This document shows, piece after piece, positions 1 through 13,466 of a stretch of 64,000 nt of DNA (positions are counted from its first letter, which is position 1; every line of letters starts with the position of its first letter). Position numbers and translations under genes: made by a program. The notes beneath the pieces were generated by a model. It ran no database searches. It was not told the DNA's origin and saw nothing but the letters and a program-made list of their open reading frames with translations. The stretch is taken from NCBI GenBank assembly GCA_030141605.1, contig JAQGDQ010000052.1, positions 496,001-560,000 of the forward strand, read 5' to 3'. This stretch comes from Tubiluchus corallicola (lineage: Eukaryota > Animalia > Priapulida).

Positions 1-1328
1 TGTAATCGTGTCCTGCAGCAAAGCTATTGATTCATCGTAAGTCTCCCGGGTCATTCTAGTGTAACTGTAGAATTTCTCCCCCATCGTCTCTCACTCAGTG
101 GCCATCTCACCTGGCCATAAAACGCTGCTGGCTTGGTGCAGTCAGTAGCTAATGCTGTCCTAATAATAATAACAAGCACTCAGTAAAAACATTAGTCTTA
201 GCTATCCAGGATGGCGAGTAATAGCTACAAGCCTTATAATTCGCAAAGCAGCTGAAGCTTAGCTGGACGTGCATGAAAAACCACGCTGTTTCTGTGTGAA
301 ATGAACTCTCTAGCTGTACGGGTTTTCGCGAAAAATTTGTTTAGGCTTGGTGAGGACTTTTCATTATTGTTTTCCTCGTGAGAAATTCTGCCGCCAGCTG
401 CTAGGAGCTATGCGTCCTCTTCACTGAGGAATTTTGCCACTTGATAGAAATAGAGTATATTCCATCTTTAGGACTCCTTTCTCAGAATTTACGTAATTAT
501 TATGTACCTATATTTTCAAACTGTGAAGTGCTTACTCATTAGTCTAAAAACGAAGGAAGTTTTTTATTGATTAGTTTGTATAAATTGCTACCTTCACAGC
601 CACTGAATACTGAAGCTAGCTAGACACGATTAAAAAAACCCGTGTGGTTTCTATGTGAAAATTGAAATTGCTCCACAGTTATCGCGAAAAAAATTAATTT
701 TCTGATTTTGTTTCTGACAGAGCCAGCCTATTCACAGTCCCAGTACGGCTCTCAATACCCCCCCCGCCATTAAATGGATTTGCCCTTGCTCATTGCAACG
801 TTGTATTTCTTTGACACTAATGTATAAGTCAACCTGCTCCAACAATGCGTGTTCTACTTTTCTACCAAAAAGCTGATTCTCAGTGATTGTAAACGCTTCC
901 CATGATTCTCTTATATGGAAATCTTAAAATTTTCAAAAATGAGCAAGTAGGACATGCGGGATGAAAGCACGTTAGTGCCTGTATTCTAGTTAACTCACAG
1001 TCGTCCAATTAAAATGATATATAGGTAGGTCTAAAGTGCTTGCAAATCTCACCTACCACAAATACTAGTGATCTGAAAACTAGTAATCTAGTGCGCTTTG
1101 AGAAAAATAGAATAAAGACCAAATAGACACTTAGGAAAGTTAAGAAGGTACAAAAAATTGGAATCCCTAGAAAAAGAGAGAGAAAGCCAAAGAGAAATTT
1201 TATTTTAACAATATTACAAATTAATATTATTTGATTAACAAATATAACATGATTTATTTGATTTAATATAATATGATTAAGGAAACACAAAATTTGAAAA
1301 GCTTGTAATTTTACTATTTTTATTATAG

Positions 1329-2157
1329 ATTCGGTCAATTGCCATTCTGTGTAAACGTCAACAATTCTTTGTTTGGAAACCTTTCTGCTCTAGAAAGTTA
1401 TGAACGCAAGCTTAGCTATAAAATTGTTGATGCCGGAGGAAGCTATACACCAAAAAATTGCGTAACTCGGCACAAAGTTCTTATTATTGTGCCATACAGA
1501 GACAGAAAAGAACATTTGAAGAGGTTGATGATACATCTGCATCCAATTCTGCAACGACAACAACTAAATTACTTAATTGTAGTTGCAGAACAATATGGCA
1601 TGGAAACGTTTAATAAAGGAATAATTATGAATGCTGCATTTAAGGAAACATCAATAATATTTAACTTTACGTGTGTTGTGTTTCATGATGTCGATCTAAT
1701 AGCCGAGGATGACCGTAACATGTACAGTTGTACTGAGCAACCTCGACATATGTCGCCTGCAATAGATAAATTAAATTATAAACTACTTTACAAAGATTTG
1801 GTAGGTGGAGTTCTGGCTATAAAGAAGGATCAATTTGAAATGGTCAATGGTTATTCTAACATGTATTGGGGTTGGGGCGGAGAGGATGATGACTTAGCTA
1901 AGCGTATCAAGCATCTGGGGTTGAATATCACACGACCATTGATGGATGTCGGACGCTATAAGATGCTTTCTCATGAAAAACGTACGCCAGTTCAGGACAA
2001 GTCCGCACGGGAAAGTTTAGTGAAATCAGCTGTGAAAAGGTTGCGAACAGATGGCTTGAATTCGGTAAACTACACTGTAAAGGGTGTAAAAAAGTGGCCT
2101 TTGTACACTCACTTGCTAGTTGACATAGGAAGAATGTATGAACTGACAAAAAACTGA
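1329..2157 (+). CDS. GT7 / beta-1,4-galactosyltransferase-family glycosyltransferase, copy 1 (catalytic exon; N-terminal TM exon not found, probably upstream of the window)
   Basis: ORF 1339-2157 has the GT7 motifs IVPYRDR, FNKG, FHDVDL (DxD), PRH, GGV, NGYSN-YWGWGGEDDD and GRYKMLSH. A pyrimidine-rich acceptor ttttactatttttattatag ends at 1328 (phase 2, as in the other copies), so the TTG start in the ORF track is not the real start. Confidence 0.9.
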
Positions 2158-2399
2158 AGTCTACCATATGAATGTCGAACTATATAGGCTAACACAAAAG
2201 TAGAGACAAAAGTTTTCTGTCCGCTTAGCGATACTATTGTAACAAACAAACTGTATATAGGTGATATAGTGCATTTCAATAAATAAAAGAAAAAACATTT
2301 CACACAGACGAAGAGCACTCCTCCTGGCTAGGTTTATAACAATGATAGGTTAATAAGTATAACTGTAAAATATAGATTTAGTTATTTTAATTTATTTGC

Positions 2400-2905
2400 A
2401 CATCTGACAACATTGAAGAGTTCTGGAACGTATTGGCATGATAAAGCGCTGTGTGATATCGAGAAATGCAGCAGTAATTATTCCTCTATAAAGCTGTTGT
2501 TTGAACTCTTCTGGAATACGCGTCGGTTGTATGGTCACCCCAGCATGCTAGTCTCAAGAATGCTTTCGAAATAATTAGGGATAGATGTACTCGTCTTGTT
2601 ATTGATTTGGATCCCACTTCGATTTCTAATCTCGATCAAAGACGCGAGACTGTAAACCTTGTAAACTGCTTCAAAATAATTAGTGGAAATGCTGATCTGA
2701 CAGATACAGACCTCTTTTCCAGACCTCACAGAGTTCTTCGTGGTCGTGAGTCTTACTTATTTGTGAAATCACCTAGAACCAACATTAGATCACACTTCTT
2801 TGGGCATTAGATAGTTCAGCCATAGAATCATCTTTCCTCATCAATCATCAGTGCTTCATCAGTGAAATGACTTTTGAAGCAGGACTGTTTACAGATGGTT
2901 ATCAT
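2400..2905 (+). mobile_element. 3' fragment of a CR1-like LINE
   Basis: Degenerate ORF2 C-terminus LDQRR...VNCFKIISG...LRGRESYLFVKSPRTNIRSHFF...NHLSSSIISASSV; a related short 3' end lies at about 7000-7070. Confidence 0.7.
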
Positions 2906-3399
2906 CTAGGTCCTTATTTCTTTGGATAAGGAAAACATGTTTATTAAAAAGTTCATAAAACATTATACTAAGTGCAACTAAAATTTTATCTGTGATTATC
3001 CCGTCCGTGCCAGTATATTTGAGAATTCTTTCTGCAAAAAAATGAAAGGTCTCCAACTCCATGCAAATTTTGCAAAATGCTCGGTCAATTTTTTTCCGGA
3101 AAAATGATCACTTTCTCTGTTGTTCTACAAAAGTTATTAAAATGAGATAAGAACATGGCATTGATGTGGCTAGTGATATCACTGGACAGAAACGTCCTGC
3201 ATAAGCATAGTTTGGTTTCCTGTGATGCCCACAGTATAGAGTAAGAACTGTACTTCTTGAGGGCGGTGGTGGTGGTGGTGGCTGCAGTGCCGGCGGTAGC
3301 GGTAGCGGTGGTGGAAGAAGAAGAGAGAGGAAGCCAACAAAAATGCAATAATGAGCCTGTAAAAATTGTTCGAGGCGGTTATGCAAAATATATTTCCAT

Positions 3400-3633
3400 A
3401 GTACCAAACTTTCCTTGTACAAAACTTCTTTTGTATCGAAGTTTCCTAGTACAAAAATTTTACGAGTATTAAACTTTCCTAGTACCAAACTTGTTCTGTA
3501 CCAGTCTATCTTTTCTCTGTACCAAATTTTCCCAGTACCACAATTATCGTGTGCTAAAAATTCCTAATACCAAATTTTCTCGGCACCAAAATTTCTTCAT
3601 GCCAAAATTACCAGTACCAAACTTACCGTGCAC
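3400..3633 (+). repeat. Degenerate minisatellite, unit about 15-16 bp (gtaccaaa.ttt.c..)
   Basis: About 14 units; a GGT/GGC/GTA trinucleotide run lies upstream at 3262-3313. Confidence 0.75.
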
Positions 3634-5466
3634 CTGTGCAGATGCATGTTGTTTTGTGGTGTGTTAAAAAGCTTATTTGTTAGTAATTTATTTATTAGTT
3701 TTTGTTCTGTAAGGATGTACGTAACGGTTCAATTTCGAGTTGTTTTCTGTTTCAGTATGCTTCTTATAACCTGTCAATGCTTTTTGATTATTTATTTGCA
3801 CGTTTGCTGTTGCTTTATTTTTTGTTTGGTGTTCTTTTGGTGTTTTGCGTGTGTTGCAGTTTCACCCTTTTTGTAATGAATGGAAAATGAAAGTCTGTCA
3901 AACAAACAGCCAGTTTTCACATCAACTTTCATTTTGTAAATCACCTATCCGCCCTGTACAAGCACTTGACCCAATTGCAATGATGCACGAAATATGCAAG
4001 GCAAAGGATGAGCCAATTGGGTAACGTACGCACGCTCAGCAGCATTCGGGACAACAGCTCACGCAGAACAACAACTGTCTAAGCTAAATTAAACTGAACT
4101 GAGCAACATGACAGCCAAAACTAATGTCTAATCAACAGACGAACTAATTGCGCTTTTTTATAAACACAGATTTGCAAAGCAGCAACTATTTTTACACGAA
4201 ATTAATACTTTAAGTAGCCAAAAAACGACTTTTCAATTTACAGAATGTAGAAACGAAGTTTCAAAGCACTACAAAATACAGAGACATAAGCATAATAAAG
4301 AAACTAAGCCAGTTAGCTTTGCTTTACAATAAATTAGCAACAAAAGTATTAAGTCTCTCTTGCCTTTAAACATACGAACATCAAGCCTGCGATGTATTTT
4401 TCCGTTTGTCACGCTACGGAAATAGAATAAATTTGACTGTTCCATTCCATAGACGACCCTTATATTGAATGCCCGAGTCACATAAGTCCCAATGGCATTT
4501 TTTAACCATGAATATAACTAAAAAATTAGCGTGGAATTAGTTAGTATTACATTGATGTATAATATACGTTTTGACCACATTTGAATCAATTTTGACTATG
4601 AAGATGAAGTTTATAAAAACTGGCCAGAAAAGAAAATTTTGTTTTGTCCCTATTTAAAGTTAATCAAATAGTTGTTTTTATTTAACTTGCAAAGCCATAA
4701 ACTAAACTAAACTGCGTATTTTCTTGATTGGAAAATGGCTTCATAGCCACTCATAGGCGTAAGCGTTGTGCATTTCTTCCTATAAACGAAACTAGACTAT
4801 ATATTTCCACTAATTCATTTGCAATTTCAATTAACAATAATAAAATCTAGAACCAGGCCTATATTTCTCCCGCTAACTGATGAAAAGTTCAGCATTTTCC
4901 GTAACAGCATTAGACGGAGCTGTAGCTAAATGTCTCGAACGTACCTGCGTTAATTAAGGGGTGCGAAATAACTTGCACGCTGATTGGGCAGTCAACGAAA
5001 ATGACTGACATTATGTTAGACGTCAATTTAAAGGCAGACATGCGAACCAAAGCAGACTGGATCCCATCTGGAAGACTTGTGTATTTGTACTTTGTTTTTA
5101 AGTACTTTAAGTACAATGTTAATATGCAGGCAATAAAACTGCCATAAATCTATGCATTTGCTTCTTCACAGTAGTAGATTTTGCCCTCGTAAACGTACAT
5201 GATTAGGATAGGTGGTTTGCATAGCGTAATTTTGAATTTGGTGATTTAAATAGCACTCCAAATGATTTAACAATATGTTGTACATTTCCTGGATATCATT
5301 TGCCAACTAAAAAGAAAATCCCAGTCAGTATCATTTAAGAGATCGCGTAGAAGTTGGTAATTTGGAAGCTGTGATATTTAGTTGTATGGTGTTGTACTAG
5401 AAGTTTCTTTATTTTCAAGAAAATGACACCTGAATTTCAAAGCAATCATGGTCGCTATTACCTACA

Positions 5467-5555
5467 CGTAAGCATACATTGACACGCGGTACATAAGTAC
5501 ACGCGTAAGCATACATTGACACGCGGTACATAAGTACACGCGTAAGCATACATTG
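5467..5555 (+). repeat. Perfect 37-bp tandem repeat, 2.4 copies
   Basis: Unit cgtaagcatacattgacacgcggtacataagtacacg starts at 5467, 5504 and 5541. Confidence 0.95.
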
Positions 5556-7096
5556 CATGCATTAACTAAAATAAGACCTGAGATATCTGATCCACGAGTC
5601 GGGAAACCAGCTATTTCAGTAAAATTAACTGTGTCGATCAAATCAAGGAATTTAGAATATTTATTGCGTAAAGATGTAGCAACTGTATACCAGAAAGTGC
5701 CCCAGTTAAGCGAGAGCGGTGCTTTTGCAGGTGGCCTTGAGTACTTACAATTTTACATAGTACTTAAGGAACTGAGGAACTTCTGTCAATAATATTAAAC
5801 AAGGCGTTGTTTTCATGGATAGTTGACAACAACACGTCATGATAAACATTTTGCGATGTATTAATTACAATCTCCGCTATTTAATTCAATAGGGACCGTA
5901 TCATACATACTATAATCCAATTTAAAGACAGTGCTACTTGTAGACAGAGTCTCAGAGTCACTTTTTTGCTTAGCTAGATACACTTTCTTGCTTCTGTTTT
6001 TTGCGTACGACAGATGAATACAGCCTAGCTGGCAATAGCTGCTTGTTGACGCTCCTCCCAGGTACTGTCAGTTATTTCTTTCACGTTGTACGTGACATCA
6101 GAGACTGTGTACGATAGCTTGTTTTTCTGGGCGCCAAGTGCGCAGTACGTTACTTTCGCCAGACGGTAGAGATACAACTAGTTTATCAAGGCCGGTTCTT
6201 CATTTTCAAATGAACGAATGCGACACAGACAAATCACTTGCGAACCACACCCAGTCGAATCATTTAATGACATGGCCACCTTTTAATCTTGATCCGGTTT
6301 AGCTTTTAGATCAGACGAACCAGAGAAACAACGTCATGAATTATAACACCTCGGCGACATCATTCATGAAGCCGCAAGTCATTTACTTGCCCTCCAATTT
6401 AGGAAAAATTTCACTTTCATTGCAGTTATAATTTTTGTTAACCTTGCCTATCTTGTCTTGCTGCGTAAAAGCAATTTGTCGAAAACTAGTAATTTCCCTT
6501 TTATTCTCGTCACAAACGGTCACCAGGTTTTCTATCCAAGCATAAGTCACCAGACTATTTTATCTGTTTAAACTCAGCCTGTATGTATTTAAGCTCAGTT
6601 TGAACAATTTGATTTGATAGTTGATGTTTGCATTTGTCCGAATGTAGTTGTCTAAGTTGGCTTAAGATATTATTAAGCATATCATCCTTTACACTGACTA
6701 TGTCTAGATGTAATTCTGAACTAGATCCCAGGTTTTCAGCTCCGCCAGTACTGTCACGGTTGAACGGGGATTTAATCTACGTATCCATGTTTTGATTCAA
6801 CATTTTTCAACTTACTGATAATTTTTTGCTAATGCTGTCACTAATGTGTTTTATTAAGTTTGTTTTCTCAACCACATCTCACTCTTACCCTTCAAATAAT
6901 TGACAGTATATGGTATTTGATTTAGACACTTATTGCTATATCGCCAGTATGCTTTGAAAACCAGCCTGATACAGGGTATATATGAAACATCTTTCACCGT
7001 CAACCACAAGTGCTTCATCAGTTGACAGTTTCAAACGGCATTTGAGAGAGGACCGTTTAGAGATATACTCATATACCACTTTATAGAAGCGACACA

Positions 7097-7630
7097 CAGT
7101 GCCGGATTAAAGCATGGGTTTTACGGGCTGCAGGGCTTCCGTCAGCTGAGGGGCCTCCAGAGATTAAGTGAAATTAATATACTATGAAAAATTACTAAAG
7201 AATAAACACTAACAGTTAAAATTATATTTATCAAAGTCTGTAATACTGCTATTAAAGAGAAATGTTTTTAGTTACAGTATAAATACATAGATTTATAATA
7301 GCTTTAAACAGTCTGTTTGTGAATAAAGTTAATAGTACTAGTAATAGTATATTTAAAGATATACGTATATATATATATACCAATAAGTATTTATTACAAA
7401 TTGTACGTATTATATTTAACATGGCAAAAACTCATTTTAATTTTATAAATATCGGAATATCTCTTCTGTTTGTGTTATCTTTTTTTATGTTGCACCCATC
7501 TGTAAGGGCCTAGTGTTGGCATTGTGTTGTAGAAGTTGAATAAACTGATTTGAAAAATTCAACATTCACTAAGGCTGAGGCCTCAGAGTATCTGTAGCCC
7601 AGGCGCCTACGAAATCAAAATCCGGCCTTT
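7097..7630. mobile_element. hAT-like MITE (old)
   Basis: Ends cagtgccggatt / aatccggccttt; 8-bp flanks gcgacaca / gcggcaca (one mismatch); AT-rich core. Confidence 0.6.
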
Positions 7631-9535
7631 GCGGCACATTACGAAAAATATGCATAAATAGCCACGATTGGTATGGCTTTATTTAGCAAACTACACATTT
7701 ATTGAAGATCAAATGCAACATGGTAAACATAAGAAGATAGTAATGTCAGCCTTTCGTCTTCAAGCCAGTTCCTAATCTGCTTGAGGAGCGGGCCTCAAAA
7801 CACTTTTGTCTAACTACTTAATGCGCCATGAGTTTCGCGCATAAGGATTACATCATCAATCTTTACTTCTGAGCTGGTCGAACATCAGCTTATCATCACG
7901 CGCTATGCCACATCTAACTAGGCTTCTGTTATGACGATAATTTACTCTTATATCGTCAAGCATTTAATCTTAAGTTAATAATTTAATCACCAGTTTAATC
8001 AAAAACACTATTTAAAATAGCTTTCCTTTACTCGTGACATATGCAAATAAACGGTGGTTATGCGGTTTTCCCCGGATTGTACTTGGCGGTTCTCCGCTTA
8101 CACACGACTGCAAGTAGAGCAATTACACACTTGCATTGTTTTTTAACTCGCCTATAGATGCAGGCCGAGTTATAGCTATGCCCCCACTCACGTGTTCCAG
8201 TTGTCATCCCAACAATTAAGAACTTTGCACTTATAACTTTGCACTCATTACCACTGGTAGATGTTATAAGCATTGCCGTTTTTGACATGATAAACCTTGC
8301 TGACATGGCGGCAGCTAACTACATGTGCGAGGACAATTTGGCAGGGAGAGAAAGTCAGGTAAAGAAACAAAATTATTTAAATTACTTAAAATTTATTTAA
8401 GTATTCTAAATAATTAAAGTAACAAAACAGAAAATGTTTTAAACAGTTTTTAGATAGCGATAAATGCGTTGTGCATATTGAGAAATCTACCTATATATGA
8501 GGCAATACATGGATGTAAAAAAATCACAGTTTGTTCAATATCTTAAGATCTGGGTTTCTGATTAGGTTTATTTGCTTTTTTTCTGTGAGTTTAACCCGTG
8601 AATTTTTTATCTGCCACTGCAAATTAACAGAATGACAATACCCGGATGAGTCAGGTAATGTCGTCTGGTACTGAAACACACCAGTACATAGGTATATTGT
8701 ACGAAATATTGCAGTACGTGTATTAAAATTTATATTAAAAGGAGTTTTAATACCTGCACTTTTATTGTAAGTTTATCTTAGATTTAGATGCAGTGAACTA
8801 ACTGCAATAAACTAATTGCACTGATTTTGAAATAGACATTAACATCCTCAGTATAGATGGTTATTCGTTATAGTTGTTACTAAAAATATTGAAAAACGCT
8901 AATTAAGGCAACAGTGAAATATTGTATGCCGCTCACCATGTTTTCGATTTGACTATAAAAATTTTATTTTAGGCTTATATATGCTGTAGAATTACGTCAT
9001 TTATCATATGTATGTATTTAGGGGCGCTTAGTGTGAACTTCTGAAGTTTCTAATTATTTTATAATGCTATTTGTTATTTTTTGTATATGGTATTTTTATA
9101 CTACGATACTATGATACCATAATTATTTTATAAAATCATAAGCTTTTTTGAACGACTTTGCTTATGTTTAGTTTCACCATCAAACTTGTGTGTTACTTGT
9201 GTCTGTCAAGTGCAATAGAAGTGCAATTTCTTAAACGCAAGCTGCAGGAAGATTACATGCGTACTTGATTTTTGTCAAATTTTCGTTCATTTGGTACTTC
9301 TAATTTTAATGCACACGATTACCCTACAAGAAAGGTGAATTGTTGGGTACTAGATGAAATCAACTGATAGATGGTGACGTTAGAAATTTGGGTTTTCACA
9401 GAATATATTGCCAGGAGGAAGAGGAAAGTTCTTGGATTAGCTTACGAATAAAGAGATCCTGGAATTATTTTCCACAGAGAGTATAGAAAGGCTCAACGCG
9501 GCAACTAACGTGGCTCACTTCTCGACTACTACGTA

Positions 9536-10506
9536 CCTTAAAACGGGGTGAGTTCGCCACTTTTTAGGGGTATTTTTTTACGTTTCCTGCCATAGCAAGA
9601 GAATTACCAAACCAATTTTCTTAGTTCAAGCTTTATATTGCCTTTCGAATGAAACACTATCGTGGGGTGAATTCGCCATTAACGATTTTACACTCTTTAA
9701 TGCCATTCTAGGCAGCTGAAGTTAACTGGTTGTGATTGGCTGGTTGGGGGTGAGTTCGCCACCCTATGAAAAAATTATGAAAAATGTCTAGTTTTAGTTT
9801 TCAAATAGAAACTTCTACGTTGGCAAAGAAGGCTTGAACGTCTTGTGCGCTGATCTTTTCGCGGGCGCCCTTGATGTTGCCAGCCGCTCTGAAAACCAGA
9901 TTGTTCCTTCGGGCGAATGATTTGACAAAGTCTATTCCAGGGGTGTTTGCCTTGAATCGTCGTTCCCGGATTCCCTTCGCGTCAAGAACACTCTTAATCA
10001 GTAGTCGGAGATCGATGGCAGTCATTGGGAACTCCCATTCAGCGGCCACTTGGAGTGTTGGCGATTTCGTGCTCCTCGGCGGCGGAGAACACTGGCTGAC
10101 CTCCGGTCTTCAGCGGATGACTACCTGAGAGTTTGTCAGAAAGGGTCTTTCTTGGAACTCCGAATTGCCTCGCCGCTGCGCTGATTGTCCTGTTGGTATT
10201 CTTGACGGCATGTAGGGCAGCTTCCAGAGCTTCTGGGGTATAATATTGTTATCTATGACCCGGTACAGGGGTGTAGGTGCGTGGCATGTTAAGTAGCAAG
10301 AAATAGTAGACAAATAATATGTAGCGCAGAATGGAGTACTTCTAGAGCGAATTGAAAAAAGATAACTGTCGCAAACTGTTTATAATGACGGTGATCATGA
10401 TATCTGTTCATTAAACACTGAACAATAGTTACAGCAAACCTACAATGGCCCTTACGTAAGGGGTGGCGAACTCACCCTCGGGTGGCGAACTCACCCCGTT
10501 TTACGG
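9536..10506 (-). mobile_element. Internally deleted pogo-like (Tc1/mariner superfamily) DNA transposon
   Basis: 25-bp TIRs cc(t/g)taaaacggggtgagttcgccac with one mismatch, flanked by TA on both sides. A minus-strand remnant from ATG 10287 encodes psq/CENP-B-type HTH regions (EAALHAVK...ISAAARQFGVPRKTLSDK...PGIDFVKSFARRN) with one stop and one frameshift. No DDE domain. Confidence 0.9.
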
Positions 10507-11179
10507 TATCTTAGCAACAGGTCTGCTGAATATTAAATTAGCGTCTTTGTGTAAATAATGCACACACCTCTGCCTTGAACAACAGGGTGTTCTCCAAAGA
10601 AATATCAACAGCATTGTCGTATACATGTGTGTTGCTTGCTGATAAAGGTAGGTTTCACTTACCCATGCTATTATTTTACTTATGACATTTAGTTTTACTT
10701 TTTACCTGCGATGTAGTTAGTTATAATTACAATGCAAGTTTTCAAGAAACAGTTTTCTTGGCGTAAAATACTCAATGTAGCACAGAAACCTGCGATTTTT
10801 CAATAAAATAAACTAAAGAAAATTGTAAACATTAATCCAGTTTTGATGATAACGTGTCACCACCTTTTTAAAAGCGCCCAACTTCGTAAATGACTTTAAT
10901 TTTATTTATTTTTTAATACAGTGCAGCACTCTAACCACTTGCACGGTTTACAAGATATTTGCAAATCTGTCTTAGTCTGTCGCACCTGTAGAACGACTTC
11001 TACAGTAAGCAACGTTTTAGTTTAATTAGTGGGAGTGCATGGTATAAAGTATGTGTTTATAAGTTAAATTGGAAATTTTATAGCTGAAACATTTTTTCTT
11101 CCAGAGTGCAGACGCTCCACTCTCCTAGCTTCTCTTCCATGTTTTACAAGCACGCATTTTTTTGGCAATCTCATCTGTG

Positions 11180-13466
11180 ATGAAACAGCGAAATACACGA
11201 GCTTGCGTGAAATTCTGTTTGTGGTCATTTATCATAGCTAATATAGCGAGTTTGTACACAGTGCACGTGACAGTTGTGAAGCGAAAATTCATACTTTCTT
11301 TGGCACGAACTGCCAAACAGGAGACAGAAACAGATAAGAGAGAAGTTTTTTCAAGGTGAGCGGGACGCTTAATTATCATTTTCTCGCCACCTCGTAGGCA
11401 CTTTACTGCCAACCGCGATGACGATAACATCACAATCATCTGCAGCAAAACATTTAAGCCATTATCAACGTATTTTGTATCATCCCTTACCCAATAGCAC
11501 TAAAACTAAAGTTACCAGCAACTACCACTGCTAAACTGATGATGTCAAGTTTGTGAACGTGTAGGTAGGGAGTAGGGAGTGCAGAGATCATGGTGTGGCG
11601 GCAGCATTGATGTGGATTAAATCTACAAGTAGTGTGGGATCTGGGATGTTTATCGTCAATAGATTTTGCATTCTGTCAGCCTCTTTATGGTATGTGGTAT
11701 TCTGAAATGTGATCGTTTGCCTAATATCCATTATACATGTCCACATTTTTCGTTGCTTTTTGAGGCTGTCTTTCCTAGGTGGCATATACTTTTTTAGGTA
11801 TTTTCATACACACGTGTATAGAATTTGTATAAAATTTTTGTATATACATTGTTGTGTCGGTGATGGTGGTCCTGATGGTGCTATTTGTATACAAAAGTGG
11901 TCCGGCTGTGGGTGGGACACAACAGAGGCGAATTTCTCAATAAGCTAATTGGACGAAAGCGACAAATTTTGAGGGGCCTAGTGTCAAATTTTTTTACTGT
12001 CTTTGGAAAATGAGTATCCTTTCACGTTCATATAAAGCGCATATTTTATAACAGACCACTAGCAGTGGTTGTCGTGACAAAGTGGCATAACAATCATAGC
12101 ATTTTGTGCACAAAACACAGGGTAAAATACTACTTATAGGCAAGGATGCTAGGAAAACAGGCCTCTCAAGCAAGTAGAGTAGTTAGAAAATATCAGTTGT
12201 AGGCAAAACAGCCACACAAGTCAATTATTCAAGTGAAATAACTATAGACGATGGCGATTGTGATAGTTTTGGCGGTGCTGTACTAGTTTGTGGTTCTGAC
12301 CACTGCTGAGGATTGTTATAGTTGCATATATCGATATAGCACTTACTTTGACGGGTGATACTTTAAAGTTGAGTTTACAATGCTGGAGATGGTGTAGGGC
12401 CATAATGTTTGTGGTGGTTATTCTGTCAAGACCTAGTATCAAGTCTTATACATAAAAATAAAAATGAGAAACGAAAATGCTTCTGAAGTGAATCAAATGT
12501 GTGAGAATATTTAATGCAACCTGAACGGTGTCATTTTGTGCAACTACTTTTATTTTTTTCCGTTACAGAAACGGAACACACGTTGATGGTCAGTTTACAA
12601 ATGAAATGCCGTCATCATTCTGTCCAGAGGTACCACCAAATTTGATTGGAAATCTTACGCAGTATGCTTTGTACCGAGGCCTTCCGTCACAAAAGATGTT
12701 GACTGTTGGAGTGGGCGGAAGCCACGCACCTTCTAATTGCTTAGCTCGACACAGAGTTCTTGTTATAGTACCGTACAGAAATAGAAAAGAAAATTTGAAA
12801 GTGTTAATGATGCATTTACATCCGATTCTACAACGACAACAACTCAACTACCTAATTCTAGTTGCAGAACAATATGGAATGGAAACATTTAATAAAGGAA
12901 TAATTATGAACGCTGGATTTAAAGAAGCATCGAGGATATTTAATTTTACGTGTGTTGTGTTTCATGATGTCGACCTAATAGCCGAGGATGACCGTAACAT
13001 GTACAGTTGTCCTGAGCAACCCCGACACATGTCCCCATTTGTTGACAGACATGGGTATAGACTTATGTATAGACGTCTAGTAGGCGGTGTTTTGGCATTT
13101 CGTAAAGAACAGTTTGAAAAAGTAAACGGTTATTCAAACTTGTTTTGGGGTTGGGGTGGAGAGGATGATGACATGGAAATTCGCATTAGATCAATGGGAC
13201 TGCACGTAACGAGACCACCGAGAGGCATAGGACGTTATAAGATGCTAAGTCATGAAAAGAGTAACAAAGAGAAAAGGAAACAACTGAAGAGAAAGCACAT
13301 TCGCCTTCTGAAGTCCACCGAAAACAGATTCCACATAGATGGACTAAACTCAGTGAACTATACTGTAAAAGCATTAAAAAAGCAACTGCTATATACACAC
13401 TTACTGGTTAATGTCAGCAAAGAATTAAATGAAACTGAGGGTTTTGTAAACAAAATAAATATGTAG
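11180..13466 (+). CDS. GT7 glycosyltransferase copy 2, two coding exons: join(11180..11355,12569..13466), 357 aa type II membrane protein
   Basis: Exon A encodes MKQRNTRACVKFCLWSFIIANIASLYTVHVTVVKRKF... (basic tail plus hydrophobic anchor) and ends AG|gtgag in phase 2. Acceptor tttttttccgttacag at 12568 is also phase 2. The catalytic exon has CPEVPPNLIG, PYRNR, FNKG, DVD, WGWGGEDDD and YKMLSH. Confidence 0.9.

Noticed and set aside
1-1328. Search for the TM exon of GT7 copy 1
   Set aside because: No ATG-TM-phase 2 donor combination was found (the frame from ATG 774 stops early). The exon is probably upstream of the window, so copy 1 is not called a pseudogene.
1009-1338. 109-aa hydrophobic minus-strand ORF upstream of GT7 copy 1
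   Set aside because: It is AT-rich intronic sequence with a non-ATG start and no motif, typical of a spurious ORF. The same applies to most other short ORFs in the track.
3085-3488. Poly-Pro, poly-Thr/Ala and poly-Val ORFs
   Set aside because: These are translations of a trinucleotide microsatellite plus the minisatellite; there is no domain or splice support.
3400-5555. Short repeat arrays (15-bp units at 3400-3633; 37-bp units at 5467-5555) as CRISPR-like arrays
   Set aside because: The units are directly adjacent with no unique spacers, there are no cas genes, and the context is eukaryotic.
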